64,000 nucleotides of DNA from Octopus vulgaris (Eukaryota). Below, piece by piece: positions 39,566 through 53,304 of this stretch. Numbering within the stretch: the stretch's first letter is position 1; each line of letters begins with the position of its first letter. A program made the translations under genes and the position numbers. The stretch covers positions 1,736,001-1,800,000 of the forward strand of contig OX597827.1 in assembly GCA_951406725.2 (NCBI GenBank), read 5' to 3'. The notes beneath the pieces are model-generated. The model worked only from the letters and a program-made list of their open reading frames with translations. It was not told where the DNA came from and searched no databases.

Positions 39566-40314
39566 GTTTAAGCTAATTCTCTTGCATTACTTCGTGTGGA
39601 AAGGCATAACCGCCACTTGACCACATTTGTATGTATGTATGTATGAATGTATGTATGTATGTGTGTATGTATGTATGTATGTATGTATGTATGTATGTAT
39701 GTATGTATGTATGTGTGTGTGTATATGTATTCTTTTACTTTAACTTGTTTCAGTCATTTGACTGCGGCCATGTTGGAACTTTGTTCTATTTCTCTTTTAA
39801 ATTTAGAATATAAAAAGAACATGCATACATACTTGCAAGCATATATGCAGGCATGTCTGTATTCATGTATGCGTGTATGTAAGTATGGATGTATGGAAGA
39901 TTTACATATATATATGTGTGTGTGTGTGTATGTGTGTGTATATATGTATTTCTGTATATATATATATTTAATATATTTATATATATATGCGTATATACAT
40001 GTATGTATGTACGCGCAAAATACCGGATGCAGTGCTCCGGCGTACGATAATCCAGTGCGTGTGTCATTTCTCAAGCTTCCATTGAAGCAAATGTCTGGGA
40101 GAAGGTAATTACGAAATAAGACCCGCCTCGTTGCGAAACCGGCGATCTTGCCCTTGCTCGTGTCTGCACCACTTGGCCTTATAGGTTAGAGTTTTAGTGG
40201 TGCTGTACAAGGTGCTATCTTAGCATGGGTATTGCCGACAGCCATGGTTTTTAACACCCAGAATAAAATGATTTATCAGTAACGGTTATACTTGTCTACT
40301 ACCGGACAGTTGCA

Positions 40315-40347
<33 letters not shown>

Positions 40348-40880
40348 TGTATGTATGTATGTATGTATGTATGTATGTATGTATGTATGTATGTATGTAT
40401 GTATGTGTGTGTCATTATTCAATTTTATTTCAAGATCTCTTACAAATAGAGGAGTCGGTTCCAAACCTAGAACCAAAGCTCCTTCATTGGAATTTTAACA
40501 ACATCAGCAGAGTATTTTTGTATGTATGTATGTATGCGCATGTGTGTGTGTGTGTATGTAGTGGGATTTTATGCTACGTTTACCAATGTCTATGAATGTA
40601 TGTATGTATATACGTATGCATACATGCAAGTATGCATTATGTACAAGTTTGTGAATATGCATTAAATATATTTACTATAAGGTAAAAAGACTTAGTCACA
40701 ATATGTTTATACATACATATATAATATATAAGATAATATAACGTAATATAATATAATATAATATTATATAAAATAAAATAAAATAAAATAAAATAATATA
40801 ATATAATATAATATAATATAATATATTATAATATAATATAATATAATATAATATAATATAATATAATATAATATAATATA

Positions 40881-40934
<54 letters not shown>

Positions 40935-41940
40935 TAGATAGATATATAGATATATGTATGTATATCAGATCATTAAGAATGAAACGCCTGATATTCTTAT
41001 ACATTAAGTTTGATAGACATTAACTCTCATGTTTTATCCCGACAATTTTTTGTTTTACAACGTTGAAGAGTTACATCATCACTTTTTGAAATGCAATTCA
41101 TGGTATCTGATTATATTATGATTTTTCTCTTGTAAATCAATTTTTGTGAACTGATAGATAGATCAAAACTTCGTGTTATTTATGAATATGTGTTCCGTCG
41201 GGGAACCAATGCGTCCCAGACAGATCGAAACATCAATGAACTGTTCGGTGAAGATGTAGCGAATGGGCGTACTGTACGTCGATTGTTTGGGAAGTTCCGG
41301 TCTGGCGACTTTACTATTGAAGATCAGCCCCATGGTAGACCTGAGAGTAAGATGAATAAGGATGAGCTGGAAACAGTAGTGGAAGCGGATGCATCTCAAA
41401 CCACGCGTGAGTTAGTAGCAAGGTTTGATGTTTCGATTCCAACTGTATTGAACCATCTGAAACAAATCAGCAAGGTAAAGAAGCTGGACAAGTGGGTACC
41501 ACACGAACTGAACGAGCATCAAATGACACATCATCTTGAAACTTGCTGACCTTTGATGTCACGGCATAAAAGCGAACTGTTTTTGCATCGTATTGTTGCG
41601 TGTGATGAAAAATGGATTCTTTTCAGTAATAGCAAGGGTTCTGCATGGTGGTTGGATAGAGACGAAGTGCCAAAGCACAATCCAAAAAAGAATATCCACC
41701 GAAAAAGCTAATGGTGTCTGTTTGGTGGTCCAGCGCTGGTGTCATCCACCACAGCTTCATGAGACCTGGTAAGTCAATTACAGTGGATGTATACATCAAC
41801 CAACTGGATGAAATGATGAGTGAACTTGCAACTAAACAATCGCGATTGCTTCAGACCAGTTCTCTTGCAACACAGTGCTCGACCACATGTTGCATAAAGG
41901 ACGCCACTCAGGGTACAGGAACTGAACTTGGAAGTACTCT

Positions 41941-42546
41941 TCTATATTGAAGAGATGAGGAATTATGTACTTTATTTACATTATTCACATTTGACGGATA
42001 TTTGTCCCCATCTTGTTTGCCGGCCCCTCAAAATAAGGGTAGACGAACATCGCAAAGCTGTGACACGAGGAGATATTGATAAAACGGGTATAGCTGGTCA
42101 TGTGTGGAAAAATGGAGACCACCTTCCCCTGTGGGATGAAGTTAAAATAATAGACAGAGAACACCACTGGGAAATATGAAAACTAAAAGAAGCAGTACAT
42201 ATGCTAGGACACAACAACCTCCTAAGCAGACCGAGTGCAGATATGAGTAGCATATGGGAACCGGTATTAAGGAAGGATAGGAAAATATTAGATTTATAAG
42301 CCCTAAAATTCACATAGTGGTTAAGACCGCGGGCTCCTAACCCCAAGATTCTGAGTTCGATACCAGGCAGTGACCTGAATAATAATAATAATAACAATAA
42401 TAATAACATTAATAATAACAACAACGAAAAATACCTTAGGAATGAGAACCCAGGTTCGAAATTTCCCCAAGACCACCTGATGAAGGCTGGAGGGTATATC
42501 AGCCGAAACGTTGTGTTAACAACAAACAAGATGAGGACAAATATTT
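41941..42546 (+). mobile_element. 5'-truncated Penelope element with inverted 5' terminus, inserted in the mariner
   Basis: GIY-YIG C-half RPLKIRVDEHRKAV...IAGHVW...WDEVKIIDRE. Removing the insert restores the mariner frame EVL-CHPPYSPDLAP. Confidence 0.9.
42473..42516 (+). ncRNA. Minimal type I hammerhead, intact core
   Basis: CAC-CTGATGA-aGGCTG(loop)CAGCC-GAAA-CG-TT-GTG. Loopless palindromic stem III ACGT. Confidence 0.8.
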
Positions 42547-42964
42547 GTCATCCACCTTATTCGCCAGACCTTGCACCAACAGACTATCACATTTTCTAGG
42601 CATTAGACAACATTTTGCAAAGAAGATGCAAAAGCAGCTCTTCGTGATTTCAGCACCCCTTCCTCTCCAGAATTCTTCGCTGCCAGCAATAAATAAGCTA
42701 CTGATAAAACAGCAAAATTGTGTTGATAATTTAAGTGCATACTTTGATTAACTGCATTGCTTTTTGTTGAGATAAAGTAAAATAAACAAATAAAATTACA
42801 GTTCAAAATCGGACACTTCATTCTTAAAGACCTATCAAAAAGGAAAATTATAATTATCACTAAATTGATTTGGGGGATAGAAACATCTGCATTGCTTGAA
42901 ATAAGACCTAAAATGCCCTGCTACCGTAGTCAGTGCATGCGTGTGTGTGTGTATAGTGTGTGTG

Positions 42965-43073
<109 letters not shown>

Positions 43074-43127
43074 CTATATATATATATATATAAAAATATC
43101 ACCAATCGTGTTCGACATCTCCTTTTT

Positions 43128-43170
<43 letters not shown>

Positions 43171-43258
43171 ATATATATATAATATTAACAAATCAAACAA
43201 AGAAAGACTTAATCCAATACATAAAATTTTTTATATAAATTAAATATAATTAATATAT

Positions 43259-43304
43259 CCACTACGATCGTTTCTTGTCACTTCAATGGACATTCATCAG
43301 GTGG
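43259..43304 (-). ncRNA. Minimal type I hammerhead, intact core (PLE terminus)
   Basis: CCAC-CTGATGA-aTGTC(loop)GACAa-GAAA-CGATCG-TA-GTGG. Downstream AT-rich tail resembles 37060-37125. Confidence 0.85.
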
Positions 43305-43332
43305 TTTCAAGACCTTCTTTGCAAGTTTTAAA

Positions 43333-43384
<52 letters not shown>

Positions 43385-43481
43385 GGTCCCGGGTTGAGTC
43401 GGGGTTAACCACAGTAAATAAGGTACTCAATACTGAAGATTTCATTTGAATGAAACAGTTCTAGTCCTGTAGAAGCTCCTT

Positions 43482-43555
<74 letters not shown>

Positions 43556-43595
43556 TTTCCTCTGTGTTCCCTTCTCGGGATCTTTCCTTCTCCTT

Positions 43596-43630
43596 GTTTC
43601 CGATGAAGAGCTCCGCTCGAAACGTTAAAC
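43596..43630 (+). ncRNA. Minimal hammerhead variant (CCGATGA core)
   Basis: GTTT-CCGATGA-aGAGC-tcc-GCTC-GAAA-CG-TT-AAAC. Confidence 0.6.
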
Positions 43631-44040
43631 CCTCCTTCTTTCCTTCTTTCCTGAGCGTCAAATAATACTTTAATTGTTCCACGTCCTCGCGTTGCTGTGT
43701 TTTTTTCTGTGTTTTCTTGTTTGGATTAACTATATATATATATATATATATACAGATATGTGTGTGTGTGCGTGTGTAGGCACAGGTGTGGTTTTGAGGT
43801 AAGTGGATTACTTCCCAACCACATGGTTCCGAGTTGTGTCTCACTGCGTGGCACCTTGGGCAAGTGTCTTTTTCTATAGCCACAGGCCGTTTAAAGGTTT
43901 GTAAGTGGGTTTGGCAGACGGAAACTGAAAGAAGCTCGACGTGTATATATACACACACATATATATTACGATGATGTATAGAGATTTTAGAGAGGGAAAC
44001 ATTACAGATAGAGGTGTAACCATAAGTGGTAGCCGAAAAA

Positions 44041-45175
44041 GCTATATATATAAAATACAAAATGGGACAAGAACGCAAAACATCCGGACAACTAGGTGAT
44101 ACAAAAAGGGACAGCAAAACATCCAGATAGAGGATACAAAAAAAAAAAGAACTGGTCATTCGAAGCCTTTTATCTTCAGTCAAGAACCGGATCTTCCTCG
44201 CAATTTCAGTTGATTAATCTTGAGATTGCTCCAATCTGGTCAGCCCCAAAGAAAAACTAAGCTAAGAGCATTAGATTCCTTGGAAGAAAGCATCGAATGT
44301 ATACGAAAACAAGGACGAAAAACAGACGATGTTATACGAATATAAATATAAAAATACAATAAAAATAAAACAATAATAATAATAATGATAATAACAGGAC
44401 ATAACAACAGGCGTTTTTTGACTGGGGACGAATTGAATTCAGCTGGTATGTGTGGAAAGGAAGCCTTACGACAGAGGGAAGAATATTGATGTGGCAGTGA
44501 CCAAGGTCAGACGCAAAAGAGCTGGCAGTCGGCCAATCGGTCACATGAGAAGAGAAGAGAGAGAAAAAGAGGAACAGAGGAATTAAAGAGGGGAGAAAAG
44601 AGAGAGAGAGAGAGCGAGAGAGAGAGAGAGAGTGTGTGTAGAAGTAGATAGACGGAAGAATCAAGGAGTGGCAAGTAAAAAAGAGAGCGAGGGACATAGT
44701 GAAGTGAAAAGTGAGTAAGAAAGGCAAAGAAATGTGAGAGAGAGGTGGAGGGGAGAGTTGAAAAAGTCGTACAAAATTTAGTGAAATGTGTACTTACATA
44801 TAAGAGAACAAAGTGTACGTACGCTGCTATATATATATATATATAATAAAATACAAAATGGGACAAGAACGCAAAACATCCGGACAACTAGGTGATACAA
44901 AAAGGGACAGCAAAACATCCAGATAGACGATACAAAAAAACAAGGACGGGTCATTCGAAGCCTTTTATCTTCAGTCAAGAACCGGATCATCTTCGCAATT
45001 TCGGCTGATTGATCTTGAGATTGCTCCAATCTGGCCAGCCCCAAGGAAAAACTAAGCTAAGAGCATTAGATTCCTTGGAAGAAAGCATCGAAAACAAGGA
45101 CGGAAAACAGACGATGTTACACGAATATAAATACAAAAAATACAATAAAAATAACAATAATAATAATAACAGGAC
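44041..45175. repeat. Direct repeat pair of about 350 bp (pLTR-like partial tandem)
   Basis: 44041-44400 and 44826-45175 are near-identical and flank a purine-rich spacer. Confidence 0.85.
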
Positions 45176-45493
45176 ATGTGCACACACACATACGCACACC
45201 CAAATCTGTGTATATAACTTTCTCAAATATACAGTCATTAACTGTAGCATATGTAAGTCTTCATGTAATTATAGCAGAGAAATGGACCACCTCAACGCTC
45301 ACACGCACAAACACAATATCAAAAATTCCTACTGGGAAACGGCTACAGATATAATTGCATGATTACAACGAAACATCACATATTCATGCATTCAGAAATA
45401 TTCGTATGCATAAATGCAGTTCTATCTGCCCGTCTCTGTATGCACGACGTATCCATTTATATATATATGTATACATGTGTTTATATATATATA

Positions 45494-45528
<35 letters not shown>

Positions 45529-45740
45529 CATATATATATATATATATGTATGTATGTATGTATAAATATGTATAAGTACACATGTTTATATTTTTATACA
45601 TATGTCTGTAAGAAAATATGTATACTTTTTATAAAAACATAGCTACGCACATTCATGCGTGTATATATATATATATATATACATATACATGTGTGTGTGT
45701 GTGTATCTACAGATATATATATATACCATTTAAATGTCGC

Positions 45741-45797
<57 letters not shown>

Positions 45798-45918
45798 CAT
45801 ACATACATACACAGAAGCATATACATATAATATATATGTATACCTGAATATGTATATCGATGTATTTAAATATGCATACACATGCATACATGAATAAACA
45901 TATACGAATCTCTCTCTC

Positions 45919-45952
<34 letters not shown>

Positions 45953-46104
45953 CGCAAATGTATGTGTGTGTGTGTGTGTATATTTCTTTTGATTGGTTGT
46001 TTTGTTCCACACTTATATGGCTGATCAATTATTTCAACTTATTTTAGAAGTGACATTAAAATGGTAAGGGCTGTTGTGACAGAGAGCATGATATACTGTC
46101 AGGG

Positions 46105-46175
<71 letters not shown>

Positions 46176-47061
46176 TAAATAGATAGGTAGATAGATAGAG
46201 AGAGAGGGGGTGAGAATTGGGGTGTAGTGTCTGGTAGTGGTGCTGGTTGTGGTGTGAAGCCACGAAATAAATGAAAACTTGGAACTGTAACGGACAGAGT
46301 AAATTATTTCAAGAAATTTTTTTCTAGTGCGTTCCTAACATTAAATTAAAATGGTGCAGCCGCACGCACGCTTACACACACACACACACACGCATATAGA
46401 TTTACACATATTGCCATATATTCTAGCACGCATACTCACACACATATAAGCACACTCTCACATGCATACATACATACATACGCACATATACTCATATACA
46501 TACATACGTACATACATACATATATATATACGCACATATACTCATATACATACTTTCTTACATCACATGTGCACACATAGCCGTACAAAACTCTCTCTCT
46601 GTCTCTCTCTCTCTCTCTCACACACAGACACATACTCACATATACACACACCCTCACAGGCACACCCTCACACACACTCTCTCACACAATCTCACACATA
46701 TATATCTCCTCCGCACGCACACATACAAACTGATACACACACACAACCATTCATACGCACACACGCGCGCACGTGCACTCCACGTCTCACAAAAACAAAA
46801 AGAAAAGTATTTAAAATTACCGAGAAATGCTAAAATTTAAATAAAAGGATAAATAATATATTTTCGAGAACCTTCATGACGTTGCTGTCCAAATCTTTCA
46901 TCTCTGTGCAGTTCTTTCAACATTTCGAAAGTTGTCTTCATTGGAATTACAATTTTTTGTCTTCTTGAAGAAAAAAAAAGAAAAAAAGAGAAAGGGGTAA
47001 ATTGAACAGTAGAAGCAATTAGCAATTTTCTTTTTGTATGAATGTATTATTTTATGCACAA

Positions 47062-47129
<68 letters not shown>

Positions 47130-47735
47130 CGAGCTTGTTTATCAACCACATGTTTCCGGGTTCAGTCCCACAGGCGCCGAGCTGGCAGAAACGTTAGCAC
47201 TCCGGGCGAAATGCTTAGCGGTATTTCGTCTGCCGTTACGTTCTAAGTTCAAATTCCGCCGAGGTCGACTTTGCCTTTCATCCTTTCGGGGTTGATAAAT
47301 TAAGTACCAGTTACGCACTGGTGTCGATGTAATCGACTTAATCCGTTTGTCTGTCCTTGTTTGTCCCCTCTGTGTTTAGCCCCTTGTGGGTAGTAAAGAA
47401 ATAGGTACGTTGGGTACGTGTGTCTTCTACTAGAGCCTCGGGCCGACCAAAGCCTTGTGAGTGGAGTTGGTAAACGGAAACTGAAGGAAGCCCATCGTGT
47501 ATATATGCGTGTGTGAGTCTTTGTGTTTGTGATTGTCTCGCCACCATCTTATGGTAATCGGTGTTAGTGTGTTTACGCTTCCTGTAACTTATCGTTTCGG
47601 CAAAAGGGAACGACAGAATAAATATCAGGCTTTTAAAAAACAGTACGGGTGTCGATTAATTCGAGAAGAAATTCTGCGAGGTAGTGCCCCAGCACGGCCG
47701 CACTCTTTTGACTGAAACAAGTAAAGATAAAAGAT
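47130..47735 (+). mobile_element. SINE family A interrupted by a full SINE family B (47172-47406)
   Basis: Family A head ends at ttcagtcccac. Family B runs ggcgccgagctggcagaaacgttagc...aaagaaatagg, then family A resumes. Confidence 0.85.
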
Positions 47736-48575
47736 ATATATATGTATTCTTTTATTCTTTTACTTGTTTCCTTCATTCGAGTGCGGCCATACTGGAGCAC
47801 CGCCTTTTTAGTCGAGCAAATCGATCCTAGGACTTATTCATTCTAAGACTAGTACTTATTTTATCGGTCTCCTTTGCCGAAACGCTTCGTTACGTGGACG
47901 TAAACGCACCATGTATCCAGAAGTGAATTATTCAATTTCCAAAGAATTCCTTTCAACACATAGCAATTGTCTCTCCCACTACTCTGCTCGTGATTAGGGA
48001 TTCGCATATTGTCAGCCATTAAGGGACATGTTCAACTGGTTAAGGTTAAGCAACTGACAAGCAAATCTCTATTGAACAGAATATTTGCTCAATATCATTA
48101 TAGGATGAAAGACTTTGCCTTTCATCCTTTCGAGGTCGATAAATTAAGTACCAGTTGCGTACTGGGGTCGATCTAATCGACTGGCCCCCTTCCTCAAAAT
48201 TTCGGGCCTTGTGCCTAGAGTAGAAAAGAATATATAAACAAATGAATTGTGTTGGAAAATAAATGAGGGCAGCTGTAATTGTTGTTGATTGTATAAAACA
48301 TCGTGAAATTGTAGAAGAGTTTTGAGAAAGTCCTTCTTTTCTGTTGGATGGTAAATGATTCCGAAGAACAAAATGGAAACATATAAACACACACACACAC
48401 ACATATACACACACGTTGATACACCCAAACGTGTGTGCTCACATGTCTCACACATGTGCACAATTACATAATTGAATATGTCTACATGTAGTTACATACA
48501 TACATGTGTATGTGTTTGTATGCGTGTGTATGCGTGTGAGTAGGTATACATATACACGCACACACACGTATATAA

Positions 48576-48632
<57 letters not shown>

Positions 48633-49049
48633 CACAGACGTACACTTCTATGTTCACTTATTCACATAGGTGTGTATCTATGTCTATGTAAATGTATATC
48701 GTGTGCATGTATGTGTGTGTGTGTGTGTGTGTGTGCAAGTTAGTGTATGTGTACCGTCTTCTTTATTTCTCAGTAATTTGTTGTTGCTGAATTTTAAGAA
48801 ACATTATCTCGACACATATTATTTTAGGCTTTCGTTATTTCTTTCATAACATAACATAAAAACACAATTATCATGAAATATAGCCTGTCTGATATAAAAA
48901 GCAAAACAAAACAAAACAAAAATCAAATAATCAATATATGTTTTACATTTAAACAATAACATCTCTGATTTCATGCAAATGAATATTATATAAAGTGTAA
49001 CGAATATATGGTGTGCTCAAAATTGTAAAAAAAAACAAACAAAAAAAAC

Positions 49050-49315
49050 AATGGCACTCCGTCGGTGACGACAATGAGTGTTCCAGTTCGTCCGATCAAC
49101 GGAACAGCCTGATCGGGAAGATAAAGTGAAAGTGGCTGAGCTTTCCACGAAAACGCGTATCTTTGACGTGGTTTGTTCTCAGCGGGAAACAAGATATGAC
49201 ATGGCTGCCCTCTGAAATACAAGTACAACTAATTTTTGACTGCTGAGTAGATTGAAGCAACGTGGAATAAAGCGTCTTGCTCAAGGACTCAACGTGCCGC
49301 CGTGAATCGAATCCA
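49050..49315 (-). mobile_element. tRNA-derived SINE fragment
   Basis: Minus strand ttcgattc...tccttgagcaagacgctttattccacgttgct, shared with the family C head region. Confidence 0.6.
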
Positions 49316-49419
49316 AGGTGCTCAAATATATGATGTACTCAAAGCAAAGCTGAACAGAACACTAGGTGCCGGTCTCTTCAATATCTCTGTCTAACCTGCG
49401 CTGTCTTATGCAAGTAAGG

Positions 49420-51720
49420 CGTAGGGCAATACGAAGATGAAAGAGGGCCAAGGAAAGAGGGCGTATCCCAAATGAGGTGATTCGAAAAGGGTGCAGTTCG
49501 GGAAGCTTGATGGAGAAGATGAGTAAGAAACAGAGTTATCTGATCCCAAAGAAGCAACTTCGCTTCAGAGCAGGATCTGATCAGAGAATGTCAACCACAA
49601 CAACAGAGCACCCTGGCGCCATGAAGCAGAAGAAAAATTAAAAGAGATGGAGATACAGGAGGCCTTATCATAACGGAAGATATTCAAGCCGTGGTTGGTA
49701 AGATGAGAAATTGGAAGACAGCCGGCCAAGATCTAGTTAAGAGTTTTTGGTTCAAGATTTTGACCAATTTACACCGTAAACTACAGCAATTCCTGCAAGG
49801 TTGTGTACACCAAGGAATTGTATCAGAATGAGTGTTTAAAGGAAGAACTGTGTTAATTCAGAAGAACCCGGCCGAGGGAGCCATGGGTAATAACTATCGT
49901 CCGATTGCATGTTTACCTATGATGTGGAACTTTCTTAATGGAATAATAGAAAAGAAATAGTACGACCATCTTGAAGGAAATGAACTGTTGGCGAACGAAC
50001 AGAAAGGCTGTAAGAAGGAAACAAGAAGAACAAAGGATCAATTGCTGTTTGACGAAGAAATTTCTTAAGAGTTGCCGAAGAAGGTTCTGGAGAAAGCCAG
50101 GGCAGCGAAAAGTTAGATTTATTTATTTTTAAAACATTATGAGAGCCTGGAAGGCTGCAGTCATTGCGGGTGGAAGAGAGGTTGGACAAGTCGACATCAA
50201 GTGAGGAATCTTTCAAGAAGACTCGGTGTCACGCTTACTCTATATTGTTTGTATGTTACTATTCTCCATGGTTCTAAGAAAACTGGGAGCTGGTTACAAA
50301 CTGCAAAAATACAGGATACCAATCAATCATCTGATGCATATCGATAATTTGAAGCTTTACTGAACTAGATGTAGTCAACTGATTCCCCTTATTCAGTCCG
50401 TACGAATTATTCCTAGAGACATCCAAATGGCACTGTTAGTGAACTGGTCAGAGGGTGAAAAGTAGACAGCAATGGAGTACAACTTCCAGATGATGAGCGG
50501 ATAAGAGAAGTGAATGGAGAGGGTTACAATTATCTTGGTGTTTTACAACTAGGCCAGATTCCGAGCACCACGATGGAGAAAATTTGTTCTGAATATACCA
50601 GAAGGGTTAAAAAGTTATATAGGCCTAAACTAAAAGTAGGGATCCTGATAAGAGGCATCAATGCGTAGGCTGTAGGTGCGACGCCTTACTACGGAGGAAC
50701 TGTAGAATGGATAGAGGAAAAACTTGTCTTCATAGAGAAAAAAAACTACGAAAATAATAGCTATGCATGAGTGCCTTCGTACAAGATGTAACGTAGCAAG
50801 GAAGAGGGAAGAGGACTGGTTGGAAGGAAGGGAGAAGAGGACTGGTTGGATCTAATAGTGATGAAAGAATGTTGTAGGCTGAACTGAATGAGAAGGTGAT
50901 CAATCTCAATGGAGATACTCTCCAGGAGTAAAATATGAGGACTAACAGAGAAAAGATCTTCAGCTGGAAAGAGAAAGTCATATACGGAGTGTTTTCCCAA
51001 CAAACAGCAGATGAAACTGATGAAGAATCCTGGAGATTGTTAAGTCATGCTTTTTTTTTTTTGAAGAGGGAAATGGAAGAATTGATTCTTGCTGCTCAAG
51101 AACAAACTTTACGAACTAACTTAATCAAGTGAAGCCTTGATAGAACTCAGAAAGTAGCGACGGTTGAAATACCTATTTCTTTACTACCCACAAGGGGCTA
51201 AACACAGAGGAGACAAACAAGGACAGACAAACGGATTAAGTTGATTATATCGACCCAAGTGCGTAACTGGTACTTATTTAATCGACTCCGAAAGGATGAA
51301 AGGCAACGTCAACTTCGGCGGAATTTGAACTCAGAACGTAGCGGCAGACGAAATAACTCTAAGCATTTCGTCCGGCGTGCTAACGATTCTAGCAGGAGGA
51401 CAGGTAAAGTGATTTGTAGTGAGAAATCTCCCCCCCCCAAAAAAAAAAATAATCTGTAGTAAGTGAGGAAAGGTGAGCATCGTAACCGTTAGAACTATTA
51501 GTACGACGTTCACAAACTGGATTGAAAACATGGAGTAAATATGTAAATAAAGCATCAACAGAAAATAGCATTGCTCGGAACTGTACGAGTCCTCCGTAAA
51601 GTCCATGTAATCTGAATGAAGAATGTTACCTTAGTCCGCTGATAGTAAGGTCCGCCCCCACGCAAGAAAAGGTGCTATGTTAATAACAACAACAATAACA
51701 ATCAATAATGATAAAAAAAT
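49420..51720 (+). mobile_element. Decayed R4/Dong-like (RLE) non-LTR retrotransposon
   Basis: NWKTAGQD...FWFK.LT.LH, GRTVLIQK, NYRPIACLP, INHLMHIDNLKL, LKRE.E.LILAAQEQ.LRT and ALLGT. (AAC/AAT)n tail. SINE B inserted at 51170-51390 (-). Confidence 0.85.
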
Positions 51721-52244
51721 TTAAAAATATAAGCAGGTATTTTACGCAACTTCCTCTCCGTCTAAATAAAATATTCAGATTTATTGTAAATTTTATAGAG
51801 ATTTCTTCTTTTTACATATCACAAAGATCAGTGTTTTTCAAGTGCTATGCAACGTCTTTAAAACTTTGTCTGTTGATGTCCCTAGTCAAGACTTTGGTGC
51901 TGCTTGTATAAATTAAAGCAAAAGTAAAACATAATAATAACAATAATAATTATATAGGCTTTAATGAAAAATAATAAACACATTTATTAACAATTGGTAA
52001 ATTCTAGAATATTGAATAGAGTAATGAGAATATTTTGGAAGTTTAATCACAAACAGGAACAAACTGTTTTTACAAATGTCAACTGTAACAAATATGACAA
52101 TATATATACATGCTCACGTGCGATCCCTCGCGCATATACACACAGGCACACCCACACTTACATTGCCACAGTCATACATTTACACACACACACACACGTG
52201 TTGCGTATTTATATTTGAATATATATATATACATACATACATAC

Positions 52245-52289
<45 letters not shown>

Positions 52290-52537
52290 TAGATAGATAC
52301 ATACACACTTATATACGTATTCATATACATATATATTTATACAAATACATATATATATATTTATATATATACATATACATATATATACATACTCACACAC
52401 AAACACACACACACATATCCAAATTTGCTTTATGTCAAGTTATAAAACCAATGTGACAGTAAACTGAAGAATTATTTAATATTTTGTAGTAGAGTATATG
52501 TTTATTAAAGTTTTACAAAAAAGGTTAACAATGTAGT

Positions 52538-52581
52538 ACAGTCTGATGACGACCACCAGTCCGAAACGTGGGAGTCATTGT
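52538..52581 (+). ncRNA. Type I hammerhead motif
   Basis: ACAGT-CTGATGA-cGAC-cacca-GTCc-GAAAC-gtggga-GTC-ATTGT, with a GUC triplet. Confidence 0.7.
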
Positions 52582-53304
52582 CAACCATCCTCTTGTAAAA
52601 AAAATTAAATATTTATATATGCACATTTTTATTAATACACATATATTGAAAGAATATACATGCCACGCATGCATCCACATATAGACATATGAATCTGCAA
52701 AAATATTGGCACCCCAAAAGATTTCTACACTAGCCTTGGTTGGGTGACTCTACGATTATATACATTTGCGAAAGTTCCTGGAATTGGTACTCTAGCAACT
52801 TGATACTCCCCACGACACTAAATACTCAAGCATGAAATGAAAATGTTACCAGGTTTTCTGCAAAGCTGATTGAGTACAAGAATATTAAGACAATTCTGTT
52901 GTATGACGAATGCCATACATGTGACACAGTGTGTCCGAATTGCTACCACATGCTACGTATATTTTGTGCTGCATACACTTTATTCGCATATGTGTGAGTA
53001 TGAGTGTGTGTGTATGTGTGTGTGTGTATGTGTGCGTGTATGTGTGTGTGTGTGTACTTAAAATTCGTGACGACTGGAACATTCAGTTTCGCCCATAGCT
53101 TATCAGCTTATTCAAACATTTATATGTATGTATGCATATATGTATATATTTATGTATGTATTTACGTGTGTGTGTGTATGCATATAAACATATGTATAAA
53201 TAAATGTATATATATACATACACGTATGTATATAAACACATTTATATATGTATATATATACATGCATGCATAACACACACATATATATATATTACATATA
53301 TTCA

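Larger units (their letters stand above)
40964..42838 (+). mobile_element. Near full-length decayed mariner
   Basis: F.KFRSGDF..ED.P.GRP, WVPHEL, CDEKW and HPPYSPDLAP motifs. Imperfect TIRs at both ends. Confidence 0.9.

Noticed and set aside
43430-43465. CTGAAGA...GAAA hammerhead-like motif
   Set aside because: Only a 3-bp weak stem II and a 2-bp stem I.
46837-46970. Possible minus-strand exon after a long pyrimidine tract (IPMKTTFEMLKELHRDERFGQQRHEG)
   Set aside because: AAG acceptor, no good donor and no recognisable homology.
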